Positions 8,832-17,759 of a DNA stretch of 64,000 nucleotides are shown here, piece after piece. The translations under genes were made by a program, and so were the position numbers. Position 1 is the first letter of the stretch. Each line of letters opens with the position of its first letter. The stretch is taken from sequence record NC_070957.1, one strand, 5' to 3'. Under the pieces are notes generated by a model. That model ran no database searches. It saw nothing but the letters and a program-made list of their open reading frames with translations, and was not told the origin of the DNA.

Positions 8832-9018
8832 GTAATACGAATTCACATTACTACACACTCGCCGTTCTTCCTAGTTTCCGTTCCGAACGTTCCACGGTTC
8901 ACCGTCACCATATACTTTATCCATTCGGACGCCATCTGTGGCTATCAAGTACTTAGGTCCATATTGGTTATGTCTGTTGACACCCGTGTGTAAACCAGAT
9001 TAATCTGGGGTGAAAATA

Positions 9019-9095
9019 TGGCAGGGATAACGGGGCTCGAACCCGCGACCTCCGGCGTGACAGGCCGGCACTCTAACCATCTGAGCTACATCCCT
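9019..9095 (-). tRNA. trnD: tRNA-Asp(GTC)
   Basis: Cloverleaf, loop CTGTCAC, encoded CCA. Confidence 0.95.
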
Positions 9096-9101
9096 AAAAT
9101 G

Positions 9102-9200
9102 TTTACCCATCACATGTTCTTACATCGTAGGCGGCTGTGGATCTCAGGTATCTACCGAAGTAGCCTGACCAGATAACCCCGAAACCACATGACAGGTAAA
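9102..9200 (-). ncRNA. Candidate small structured RNA between tRNA-Asn and tRNA-Asp
   Basis: ~15-bp terminal stem with several G-U pairs; internal CAGG-CTAC-TTCG-GTAG-ATA-CCTG hairpin. Confidence 0.5.
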
Positions 9201-9201
9201 T

Positions 9202-9277
9202 TGGCGGTTCCTGCTGGACTTGAACCAGCGACATATGCATTAACAGTGCACCGTTCTACCTACTGAACTAAGGAACC
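9202..9277 (-). tRNA. trnN: tRNA-Asn(GTT)
   Basis: Cloverleaf, loop CTGTTAA, encoded CCA. Confidence 0.95.
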
Positions 9278-9283
9278 TGAATA

Positions 9284-9548
9284 TGGAGCCGACTAACGGA
9301 ATCGAACCGATGACCGGTGGAAACCATTGCTTCGGCCAGGGTGTTGAACAGCGCAGAGGACCAGATCAGGCGAGCATCGAAACCATCGATGATCACGTTG
9401 CCCTGGAACATGTGCTGGAGCTTGTTGNNNNNNNNNNGTCCCCAGAATCTCATTGTCAGATTAGGGCGATGAACGTGTTCGAGATTACGGATCTCGATAC
9501 TCGCCCCTTTGATGACCGATACACCTCTACCTACTGAGCTAAGTCGGC
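9284..9548 (-). tRNA. tRNA (probably Thr) broken by assembly gap; anticodon arm missing
   Basis: 5' half GCCGACTTAGCTCAGTAGGTAGAG (9525-9548) and 3' half GGTCATCGGTTCGATTCCGTTAGTCGGCTCCA (9284-9315) flank chimeric sequence and 10 Ns; resembles enterobacterial tRNA-Thr(TGT). Confidence 0.65.
9313..9524. other. Assembly chimera and gap
   Basis: 9313-9427 is the exact reverse complement of 34553-34667 (chmA); Ns at 9428-9437; 9438-9524 reads as an unrelated coding fragment. Confidence 0.85.
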
Positions 9549-9581
9549 GATGTCGTACCAAGGGTACGACGTACTGGACTT

Positions 9582-9782
9582 TCAACCAGCATTAAAAGAA
9601 CCTAAGATCAAACCACGGACATTGCCTATGGTTCGACCAATCAAAGTGACTTCGATGCGATCAATAGGCAAATAACCATTCGCCAGATCAATCGCTTCCG
9701 ATAAGTCGACAGCCGCGATAACCACTGCGTCGTACTCGTCATAGTCCCAATCATCGGTTCTTTCAACTTTATAGATGTTCAT
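9582..9782 (-). CDS. 66-aa small phage protein (YDxY family)
   Basis: GGAG SD; MNIYKVERTDDWDYDEYDAVVIAA...GLILGSFNAG; similar to 34923 and 35211 ORFs. Confidence 0.75.
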   Translation of the reverse strand: MNIYKVERTDDWDYDEYDAVVIAAVDLSEAIDLANGYLPIDRIEVTLIGRTIGNVRGLILGSFNAG

Positions 9783-9852
9783 ATCGACAGTCTCCGTTGT
9801 TAGCGATTTGGCTTTCCAACGTACTACCAGCAATATCGAACATCTTGCATAA

Positions 9853-9997
9853 CAATGAGTTTCCCAGAGTTTGACATTTTCTATCCATCATGGTCCCCGA
9901 GACCGGATTTCGGGACGCGCCGGTGCTACTTCGATTCTAGACCGAAGTGTAATGGTGTTTTTTACTATTCGGGGATTTTTGTCAAACCACTTCATTG
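9853..9997 (-). ncRNA. Structured RNA motif, copy 1
   Basis: CAATGA/TCATTG outer stem, GTTTGACA/TGTCAAAC inner stem, motifs shared with copy 2. Confidence 0.6.
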
Positions 9998-10006
9998 TTT
10001 ATTTAT

Positions 10007-10145
10007 CAATGAGTTTCCCAGGGTGTAGAGTATTTTATCCGCTGCGGGCAGGCCAGGTGGGTCTTCGGGACGCACCCACAGTTGGCTCAAGAGAGATGCC
10101 TTGTGTTTTGGCGACTGGCCTTTATTTCTCTACACTACTTCATTG
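10007..10145 (-). ncRNA. Structured RNA motif, copy 2
   Basis: CAATGA/TCATTG outer stem, GTGTAGAG/CTCTACAC inner stem, shared GTTTCCCAG and TTCGGGACGC. Confidence 0.6.
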
Positions 10146-10998
10146 AAAGGTGTTAGCTGTTTCTCTCTTGGAGCCCAGCATCGTCACCAGGATAAAACCT
10201 TTGTGTGACAACACTCAATTAACACCTATATCATTGTGACACCTTCTCGGTGTGATACATAGTCGATCACCGCATTGGTTAGATCCCTGATGGACGACTG
10301 GACGCTGCGTATAGCAGTGTTTGTCTCCTAGGTGGGTATCGCCAGCACCGTGTCGGCTATAGGATGTGATCACACGAGGAAACCAGAGGGATGTCCAACC
10401 CTTTTCAGTTACATGTGATCACGAAAGCTGTTGTTAACAAAGTATAATAACTTGTTGTTACTAAATACTTTTCAATTGGCTCTCTTTGAAAGCTAATAGA
10501 AAAGAGGTCTTCACAAACCGTATGGAAGACCTTTGAAAAATGTAAAGGATTAACAATGAAAAATAAACCAACCATACACGAAAGCCAACACCAATGACCT
10601 TCTATATAAACTCTCTTTGAAGAGCATATATAGAAAGGGGGTAGGAAGACTACCCCGCGGGTAAAAGCAATAACCCAAGAACGTGCAGATATTGAAAGCG
10701 GGAGCTTTCTTGATAATGACTCTTGGGTGAATCAGTATTAAGAAAGCAAGGGATAAAGCTGCGCACAAAATCCCTTTGCTTGTATTACGTAGGAGTTTAT
10801 TCAATGGCTTCGTTTTGACCACTGTCGCGTTCAGTAATCAAAAGGAAGCATTTTTGTACATATAATAACAGACACCCATAACTTTTCAGGTAGATATTAT
10901 CTACATGAGAAACCCGTTGGTATCTTAATTGTATGGTACAACTGTGTGGGATTTCCTACACTATATGATTACCTCTATCATCATAAGGAAACAGAGTT

Positions 10999-11706
10999 AT
11001 GACTTTGGCTCGTGCTTTTATCGAACGTATTATCGTTCAGATCATTCTCGCCTTCATGGCGGCAAACTGGCGGAAGATGAACGAACACATCGTCATCGCC
11101 CGCGCTTCTGGTATTTCCCAAGGGATCAAAACCAAGTACCTGGGCGACTGGGGTCCGATCAGTGTCTGGCTGTCTCTCGATGGCCGGGCGTGGTCCATTT
11201 GCATCGGTACCGCGACCAACTTTATTACTTCCCGACTCACCAACGGTAACTGGGCGTTCAACCGCTCGGTAGTGGAGAACCTCTACAACCAATTTGAAGA
11301 GCGGCGTACCGAACCTCAGTTCGCTGACCTCGATACACTCCGACTCTCTATCGATTCGTTGCTTCTGGAACTTCCGATCGTTGCCAAGCTGGGTGATCGT
11401 ATCATGGGTAATACAATCCGGGTTCTTCCCCAGCTCAACATGTCTGGTGAGTACGCCAGGGAATTGTCGAAGTTGATCTCTGTGGTATTCAATGGTAAAG
11501 TCGGTCTCCGCGGCAAGCCCTCTGGGACAATGAGCCTGGGTATCAGCCGTCTCGAACTGGGTGACGGCGTAGTCACCGGCTCGATGGTCCACCACTTCCG
11601 TGACTACTCCATGCCCTGGGAAGGGAATGCAGTGAACCGTGCTGAGGCACGTGACGCTCTGGTCGAGGCGTTTGTATACGCTATGACCAAACCTGAACTG
11701 AAGTAA
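10999..11706 (+). CDS. Hypothetical protein
   Basis: AAGGA SD, upstream promoter motif at ~10892, downstream UUCG hairpin. Confidence 0.8.
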   Translation: MTLARAFIERIIVQIILAFMAANWRKMNEHIVIARASGISQGIKTKYLGDWGPISVWLSLDGRAWSICIGTATNFITSRLTNGNWAFNRSVVENLYNQFEERRTEPQFADLDTLRLSIDSLLLELPIVAKLGDRIMGNTIRVLPQLNMSGEYARELSKLISVVFNGKVGLRGKPSGTMSLGISRLELGDGVVTGSMVHHFRDYSMPWEGNAVNRAEARDALVEAFVYAMTKPELK

Positions 11707-11763
11707 TCGTAACGGGGAGATCCTTCGGGGTCTCTCCGTTTATGTTTGTTAAGGGGAATATTG

Positions 11764-12474
11764 ATGACTAAAAACTATACTGAAGAACAGAAGCTCAGAA
11801 CTTTGGAACTCGCCGAATTACTCAATTTTGTCCAGCTTGATAATGGCGAGCTTTTCAAAGCGATGTTCGATAACATAGTGAATGGAGGGACTAAAGAGTC
11901 GCTCATCATTAATGATTTCGTGATCAAGATGACTCGTTATAAAGGGATCTGGTTCACCTTGATTAATACCGGTGCTCGTCTGGGTGACCGGTGTATTGGT
12001 AAAACCGAAACTCTTTTTCATGTGGAGTTCAAGGATTGTAACTTGATTCCTGATTATCTCAGATGTGTCAGGAAGATACTCAGGGCGACATATTCCCATG
12101 TCTATCGTGAGGCTTACAGCGATGCAATGGAAGAGATTCGGAAAATGAAATCTCGTCCTACCATCAGTCAACGCTTCAGACTGGCTTGGTTAAAAGCAGC
12201 ACCTATTGATGTAATCTACGCCAAAGGTTATCTCAAAAAGTTGCTGAAGTTTTACGTCTGTTACTCAATGGTCGAAAACATGGGTAAGCGTTCTATCCCC
12301 TCGATCACTGTGTCGAAGCCACGTCCAGAACACTGGGACGAAAACATTTTCGGTATTGCGGGTTTTAATCAACCCGGTAATGTACTGACGGATAAGGGTG
12401 ATCCTAATAAGGGCACCAAACCGTCACCTTTAACTTTGATGGTGAGGTTGTTCGATTCTCACTACGGATTTTAA
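11764..12474 (+). CDS. Hypothetical protein
   Basis: AAGGGG SD, long ORF in operon. Confidence 0.75.
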   Translation: MTKNYTEEQKLRTLELAELLNFVQLDNGELFKAMFDNIVNGGTKESLIINDFVIKMTRYKGIWFTLINTGARLGDRCIGKTETLFHVEFKDCNLIPDYLRCVRKILRATYSHVYREAYSDAMEEIRKMKSRPTISQRFRLAWLKAAPIDVIYAKGYLKKLLKFYVCYSMVENMGKRSIPSITVSKPRPEHWDENIFGIAGFNQPGNVLTDKGDPNKGTKPSPLTLMVRLFDSHYGF

Positions 12475-12491
12475 CGCAAGAGGAAATAACA

Positions 12492-13277
12492 ATGGAAACT
12501 CTGAACCATAAAGCACTCATTTGGGAACCCAATTTCAATACCTACTGTTTGGGGAGCGTCGATGCCTCTCATACTTACTACGAAGATGTGCTCATTGCGG
12601 CATTTGTTCGTCATGTACGTAAAGACATCCAGGGTTACAACAAGCACATCACCGATCTTCTCAAGTCGCTCAATCAACCTAAGGGTGGGTTGGGGATCAC
12701 CATCTTTGGTGACGATCGAAACTATTTCTCGATCCATCGGGATCGGGTTAATCGTTTCACGCTGGTCTTCAAGGATAGTTACTTCGAAGAAACTGTCTGG
12801 AGACTGGGTAGTAAGGCAGAGCTCTTCAATGAAGAGATCCTGGATACCATTCTCGCTGACAGGGAGATCAATCTCTTTGAACTTCTGGCGTCGACTAAGG
12901 CGTTGTTGACAGCTCGGAACTTCTCTGAAGGTTTCGATCAACTCAAACGCCCTAAGTGGTACAAACGTCTCAAAGGTGATGTGATCACTCATGAGCTTGA
13001 GGGGGCTTCTTGTGGCGGACTCTTCAAGGTAGTGGTGCGTCAGGTCCATCCATTGCTGGATGATACCCAGAACGTTATCGAAGTTCACATGAAGCATGAT
13101 GTTTTCACAGCTTCGACCGATCTCATCAAGGGAGGTAATGCCCGTTACACCTCCTCTCCTATTCTCGGTGAACTCACTGAAGAGATCCTCAACCAGACCA
13201 TAGCTAGGATTCAAGCACCGATGTTGGTGGGAACTCCTTTCTTGTCAGGTCTGGCTGCTGACTTTGATTACGATTAA
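12492..13277 (+). CDS. Hypothetical protein
   Basis: GAGG SD, followed by UUCG hairpin. Confidence 0.75.
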   Translation: METLNHKALIWEPNFNTYCLGSVDASHTYYEDVLIAAFVRHVRKDIQGYNKHITDLLKSLNQPKGGLGITIFGDDRNYFSIHRDRVNRFTLVFKDSYFEETVWRLGSKAELFNEEILDTILADREINLFELLASTKALLTARNFSEGFDQLKRPKWYKRLKGDVITHELEGASCGGLFKVVVRQVHPLLDDTQNVIEVHMKHDVFTASTDLIKGGNARYTSSPILGELTEEILNQTIARIQAPMLVGTPFLSGLAADFDYD

Positions 13278-13504
13278 TTTAAGGGGGTCTTCGGACCCCT
13301 AATCTTTTTTATTTAACTGGTCATGTTTTTATATGTATAAGAACGAAATTCCATTCTTAGCAGATCCTTAGGGAATGGGGTAGGGGGCTTTACTCAGTTG
13401 ACCGGTTAGGTCCAGTTGAAACAATTACTATAAACAGCGTTATGAACGGAGTGAATAACAGCTACTAATCTTTAATCAGTAGTCTTTATCTTTAAGGAGG
13501 GATT

Positions 13505-13855
13505 ATGAGTGAAAAGTATATCACTCCTAAGCAATTAGAAATTATAGAGAAATCTAGATTTCATAAACTCAATCAAGAAGACTTGATCAAGTTAGGTTGT
13601 AATTACGAAGGGGAATTAGATCTACGAGACATTTCAGTAAGAATGATGGAATGGCGTAAAGAACATAACAATGAGATACCTCCTCACTATCTCTGGTTAT
13701 CGATAGAAGCTTCTCAAGAAGCACAGGTTCAGATTTATTATTCATGTGGTGGGATCAATCCCAGTAAACGTAAACCGAAAACAACCACTCCATGGGCGTT
13801 GATCATTATGATGGTGCTCTGGTCGATTGGTATGATTATAGGTGGTATGAAATAA
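13505..13855 (+). CDS. Hypothetical protein with C-terminal membrane anchor
   Basis: AAGGAGG SD; WALIIMMVLWSIGMIIGG. Confidence 0.75.
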   Translation: MSEKYITPKQLEIIEKSRFHKLNQEDLIKLGCNYEGELDLRDISVRMMEWRKEHNNEIPPHYLWLSIEASQEAQVQIYYSCGGINPSKRKPKTTTPWALIIMMVLWSIGMIIGGMK

Positions 13856-13865
13856 GGAGAAGGGT

Positions 13866-13973
13866 ATGAAACCTGAAGAAACTAAAGCTGAAGAATGTCG
13901 TGTATTGCTGTGGGCCGGTATCCTGGGTGTTGTCGGTTGTGCAGTGTTTACCTATTTCCGTTGGTTCTACTAG
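13866..13973 (+). CDS. 35-aa membrane peptide (not in ORF track)
   Basis: AAGGAG SD; MKPEETKAEECRVLLWAGILGVVGCAVFTYFRWFY. Confidence 0.6.
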   Translation: MKPEETKAEECRVLLWAGILGVVGCAVFTYFRWFY

Positions 13974-13981
13974 GAGTTGTT

Positions 13982-14476
13982 ATGAGAATTATTGACACTG
14001 CAATATCGCTTCACCTGGCCGCAAAACAATTCGCCAATACCAGGGTTTCTGTTGGTATGTGTGAACTGGATCTCCGGATGGAATTTCCGGTGAACGAGAA
14101 TTGTAAAGTTAAGGTCCACTTCTTTAAGGGAAGTGTGGAACGGACAGTTCACGTAGGGATCTACAATGGTGATGGCGTGTTGGAAGAAGGTTACAACGAA
14201 ACAGTGACAATCCTCACTGAACGTGATCTCAAAGCAGTCATCGAAACGGCAATCTGTTCCTGGATGGTTTATAAGCTCGACTGCATGATCGAGAAAGGGA
14301 TCCTGAAGAAGAACACGCTCAAACCGTTCGACATTTGTAAGGACCCGATCTACGAAACCATGAAGCGTTGCTATGCAGGTCCTGATGACCTGGAAGATCG
14401 GATAAATGAATGGAACAAATTGGGGTTGAACAAAACCCTGATGGAGATTCTGGAACTGACACACGACGATGTGTAA
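13982..14476 (+). CDS. Hypothetical protein
   Basis: AGGAG SD before MRIIDT. Confidence 0.7.
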   Translation: MRIIDTAISLHLAAKQFANTRVSVGMCELDLRMEFPVNENCKVKVHFFKGSVERTVHVGIYNGDGVLEEGYNETVTILTERDLKAVIETAICSWMVYKLDCMIEKGILKKNTLKPFDICKDPIYETMKRCYAGPDDLEDRINEWNKLGLNKTLMEILELTHDDV

Positions 14477-14487
14477 GGAGATGTGGT

Positions 14488-14757
14488 TTGCGGACATTAA
14501 GAAAAGAAACATCTGATCATATTAAAGCTGGTTTGGATAAGGCCGATCACGGTCACGATTATCACTTCCAGATCATGGGACACCAGTGGCGCTTGAAGAA
14601 GTGGTTTGGTGAGATCAGACTTTGTAAAGTAGCAACCAACCCGTCTGGGATGGAGATCACTTCATTCGCTTGTTACTCTGGTAAGGGGTACAAGCAGTAT
14701 CGGGAAAATGTTATTTCCGGTTTCACTAACCATGTAGCACGAATTCAAGGATTCTAA
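14488..14757 (+). CDS. Hypothetical protein
   Basis: AAGGAG SD, TTG start, operon packing. Confidence 0.55.
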   Translation: MRTLRKETSDHIKAGLDKADHGHDYHFQIMGHQWRLKKWFGEIRLCKVATNPSGMEITSFACYSGKGYKQYRENVISGFTNHVARIQGF

Positions 14758-14758
14758 C

Positions 14759-15298
14759 ATGATGAAAGATATGAACACTGGGTGGGTCCACGGACTCACC
14801 GAATTCGCTGATGCGGTTAAACGCATTCACAGTCGCGTCCACTACTATCCGATTCAGAAGTTTCACGAGTGTGTAACTGACTTCGGTAGTAAAGTTGTTT
14901 TCGACACCTTGATCGGGATCGATCTGATTTTCAAGTACGAGAATCGTAACGATCAGTACTACATCGATGTAAGCTATCGTTGTGGTCGATCCAAAACTGA
15001 GCTCTTCCTCTGTACTGTTCATTGGAAACCGATGTACACCAAGAAGATGATCATGTCGTCCGTAATCAAGGCCATGGCAAAGGTCATGTGGGACCGGATG
15101 TATGCCCAGAGAACACTCTCACTCAAAGAGGGTGCTATCGACGTCAGGACGTTGCTTGAAACTCCTGATCTGGATAAAGACATCAAGCAAGTGGTGATCA
15201 TTGAATCCCAAAAGAGGTTCACTGATTACTCAATGATGGCACTTCGCTATCACACCGACTTCACCCCACTTTCCAGTCTGCCGGTGTTTATCGGTTAA
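14759..15298 (+). CDS. Hypothetical protein
   Basis: AAGGA SD, operon packing. Confidence 0.7.
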   Translation: MMKDMNTGWVHGLTEFADAVKRIHSRVHYYPIQKFHECVTDFGSKVVFDTLIGIDLIFKYENRNDQYYIDVSYRCGRSKTELFLCTVHWKPMYTKKMIMSSVIKAMAKVMWDRMYAQRTLSLKEGAIDVRTLLETPDLDKDIKQVVIIESQKRFTDYSMMALRYHTDFTPLSSLPVFIG

Positions 15299-15304
15299 GG
15301 AGAA

Positions 15305-15670
15305 ATGATGGTTAAACGTTTCTTTCAAGTTATCTTTGGGCTTTGTATGCTTTCCATTGGACTGATGTCAGGTACCAAGCTGTGGTTCATTTACAAAGAT
15401 GCGACTGTACCAACCACTTATACCGTTGTCGAGTGTTACTACGATAGCGACTATAAGTGTGACTATCGTAAACCGAATGGCCGGTACATGACTGAGACCT
15501 ATGGTCGTCAAGTCTGGAAAGATGCTAAAGTCCTGGAAGGTAAACAAGTCACGATGACAACTCCAGTTAATGGCACTGACATTGTCTTGGGAGGTGCCAT
15601 GGCTATCTTCTTCACGGTGTTAGGTTGCTATTGCATCTATGCTGCTTTCAAAAGAGAAGGTGAATCTTAA
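15305..15670 (+). CDS. Membrane protein with two TM segments
   Basis: AAGGAG SD; hydrophobic N- and C-terminal segments. Confidence 0.75.
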   Translation: MMVKRFFQVIFGLCMLSIGLMSGTKLWFIYKDATVPTTYTVVECYYDSDYKCDYRKPNGRYMTETYGRQVWKDAKVLEGKQVTMTTPVNGTDIVLGGAMAIFFTVLGCYCIYAAFKREGES

Positions 15671-16009
15671 ACTAGAAATATATATTATGTCTCAAGTTTT
15701 CATCTTCTCTTCATTTTCTTCTTAATCTCTTATCTACTGAATCATACTTTTGATTTGGTTTATGGGGGATAAAGGGGGCAATGAAGGTCGAAGGGCAATG
15801 AAGGTCAAGGGATCAAAGACCAAAGAAGAAGGCCGGGCGAAGCCCTATTTATCTTAATTAATAGTGAAACTAGAAATAGAGATAAAGATAAGGATACTAG
15901 AGAGAACTGTTTATAGTGATCGACAGTATGCTTGGAAGGGGGTCCGGGGGAAACCAATTTGAAAACTAATTACTAACTCACCTGGGTATATCCTGGGTGA
16001 GTTAGGGTT

Positions 16010-16360
16010 ATGTCTGTTGATAAGGAGTATACCATGAGGTATGAAAACTTTAAGGAAATATTAGAAACGTTTCCTCACTGTTATTACAACAACGATTGTT
16101 CGTTGATCATCACGAAGGTTCCGAGAGATATTCCCGGTTACTTCAAACTCGACTTAACCAACAACCAAGAATTCCGTCACGATATCAGTGGTAGTCACTA
16201 CATCACTTATTCGTATATCACCGACATGAACGGTGATAAGACCATAGAAGTCTTCTTTGGCGATAATGCTGATGAAGATGCGTACTTGACCAAACATAAA
16301 CATCTGTGCGGTCACCCACAAGAAATCCTGCAATCACTGGAAGAACGGAGAATACCATGA
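16010..16360 (+). CDS. Hypothetical protein
   Basis: ORF at start of operon; start may be 16034. Confidence 0.7.
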   Translation: MSVDKEYTMRYENFKEILETFPHCYYNNDCSLIITKVPRDIPGYFKLDLTNNQEFRHDISGSHYITYSYITDMNGDKTIEVFFGDNADEDAYLTKHKHLCGHPQEILQSLEERRIP

Positions 16361-17022
16361 ATGTTAAAAATGCATTGATTCAACTGCGTGAGTATACCTA
16401 TCAGACTCGTCATGCGAATCGTCAACTCCAAGGAGAGGTCGCCGAGTTCTCCATGGATGATCTTCAGCAAGCACTTGACAATCTCAAAGAAGAACGTGAT
16501 AACACACTGTTTGGTGTGGCGTGTGGTACGACGACACTCTGGTGGGAAGGTCCACTTTATCTACAGTTGGTGGCACTTCGAGCTGCTTGGGATAATAACA
16601 CCATTGGGGTAGATGAACTCTTTAAGGGTGTTAAACTGGTAGCCGACCATCCACTCTTCAAGGAGATGTTGGAATGCAAGGTCCCCTTCAATAACAAGAA
16701 GATCTTCAATGCAGCTATGTCACGAGACGAAGCCGCAGAGATCATTCTCCATTTGTTCAAGAACGGAAACACTGATCCCGAACACCACATTCCGTATTTC
16801 GATGTACTCCAACAAGACATCCCTGACATGTGCAGACGACTGGGTCTGGGGAAGATGGATTACGAGGAACTGTGGTCCGAACTCACTTTCCCCACCAGCA
16901 TGTGCCGGGGAGATTACTACGTTAACTGCGCACTGCCCGTATTGGAATTCATGAAGCGTAAACAACTTCGTGAAGTCATCGCTGCATCCAAAGGTCAAAC
17001 TTTCACTCAAGAGGAACTGTAA
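16357..17022 (+). CDS. Hypothetical protein
   Basis: GGAG SD, ATGA overlap with upstream stop. Confidence 0.75.
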   Translation: MNVKNALIQLREYTYQTRHANRQLQGEVAEFSMDDLQQALDNLKEERDNTLFGVACGTTTLWWEGPLYLQLVALRAAWDNNTIGVDELFKGVKLVADHPLFKEMLECKVPFNNKKIFNAAMSRDEAAEIILHLFKNGNTDPEHHIPYFDVLQQDIPDMCRRLGLGKMDYEELWSELTFPTSMCRGDYYVNCALPVLEFMKRKQLREVIAASKGQTFTQEEL

Positions 17023-17759
17023 TGAACACTATGAAACCTGGCGTATTCACTGCCCAACGTGACGTGATGATCTCTTTTGTTCGTCGCGTGGTATCTGATC
17101 TGGATCGCATGGGTCCCAATGACCGGGTCAGCAAATACCTCTCCCTTCCGAATAACTTCCAACTCCGTTGTATCGTGGAATTGGAAGAGGACACTTCAGG
17201 GAATATCTGGTTGGACGCATTTGGTCCGTCCCACCATGTTGGGGTGATGACTCCTGAAGGGGTACGGGATATCAACCTGGACGAGCAGGACCTCACCGAG
17301 TTTGCAGAAGCTGCCGTTGACGCCTTCATATGGGGAACCATTAAGAAGATGTTCAACGACAACATCACTCTGGAAACCGATGGCTCCGAACTCGGAAACC
17401 TCAAAATGGTTGAAGAGATCAACAAACTCTATCCCGACCTGGAGATTGAGTTTATTCCCGATGGTTACAACTACTATCTTCGTGATACACTCGGCACTAC
17501 CATCAAGGCCATCACCAAGATGGACAAGACTCCCAAGACCGAAGTGTTGTTTGGAACGTACTGTCCTACCGACAGCAATGATTCTATCAACACACTCTCC
17601 GGGTTTGATGATGACCAACCGAGTGCTCAGAGCGAAGAGTACAACTCCTGGTCTTTCGAAGTCCAGAACATGGCCATCGATGATCTCGCCTGGGTTTACA
17701 TGAAAGGCTGGATGGATATTCCGGACCACGTGGTATTGAAAGAAGAGGAAGAAGAGTAA
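17022..17759 (+). CDS. Hypothetical protein, paralog of 19557-20270
   Basis: GAGGA SD; shared motifs with 19557 ORF. Confidence 0.75.
   Translation: MNTMKPGVFTAQRDVMISFVRRVVSDLDRMGPNDRVSKYLSLPNNFQLRCIVELEEDTSGNIWLDAFGPSHHVGVMTPEGVRDINLDEQDLTEFAEAAVDAFIWGTIKKMFNDNITLETDGSELGNLKMVEEINKLYPDLEIEFIPDGYNYYLRDTLGTTIKAITKMDKTPKTEVLFGTYCPTDSNDSINTLSGFDDDQPSAQSEEYNSWSFEVQNMAIDDLAWVYMKGWMDIPDHVVLKEEEEE

Noticed and set aside
9140-9180. SRP 4.5S RNA resemblance (GGTCAGG...CAGCC)
   Set aside because: Lacks the GGAA tetraloop and AGCAG symmetric loop of SRP domain IV; kept only as an unassigned ncRNA.
9313-9427. Inverted copy of chmA sequence inside a tRNA (possible recombination, antisense RNA or mobile insertion)
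   Set aside because: It is 100% identical over 115 nt, abuts a 10-N scaffold gap, and a second unrelated fragment lies on the other side; this is typical of chimeric contig ends.
9853-10021. CAATGAGTTTCCCAG direct repeat as a mini CRISPR array
   Set aside because: Only two 15-bp copies 154 nt apart, no cas genes; better explained as duplicated structured modules.
10550-10822. 90-aa hydrophobic minus-strand ORF
   Set aside because: No SD and AT-rich context; insufficient support either way.
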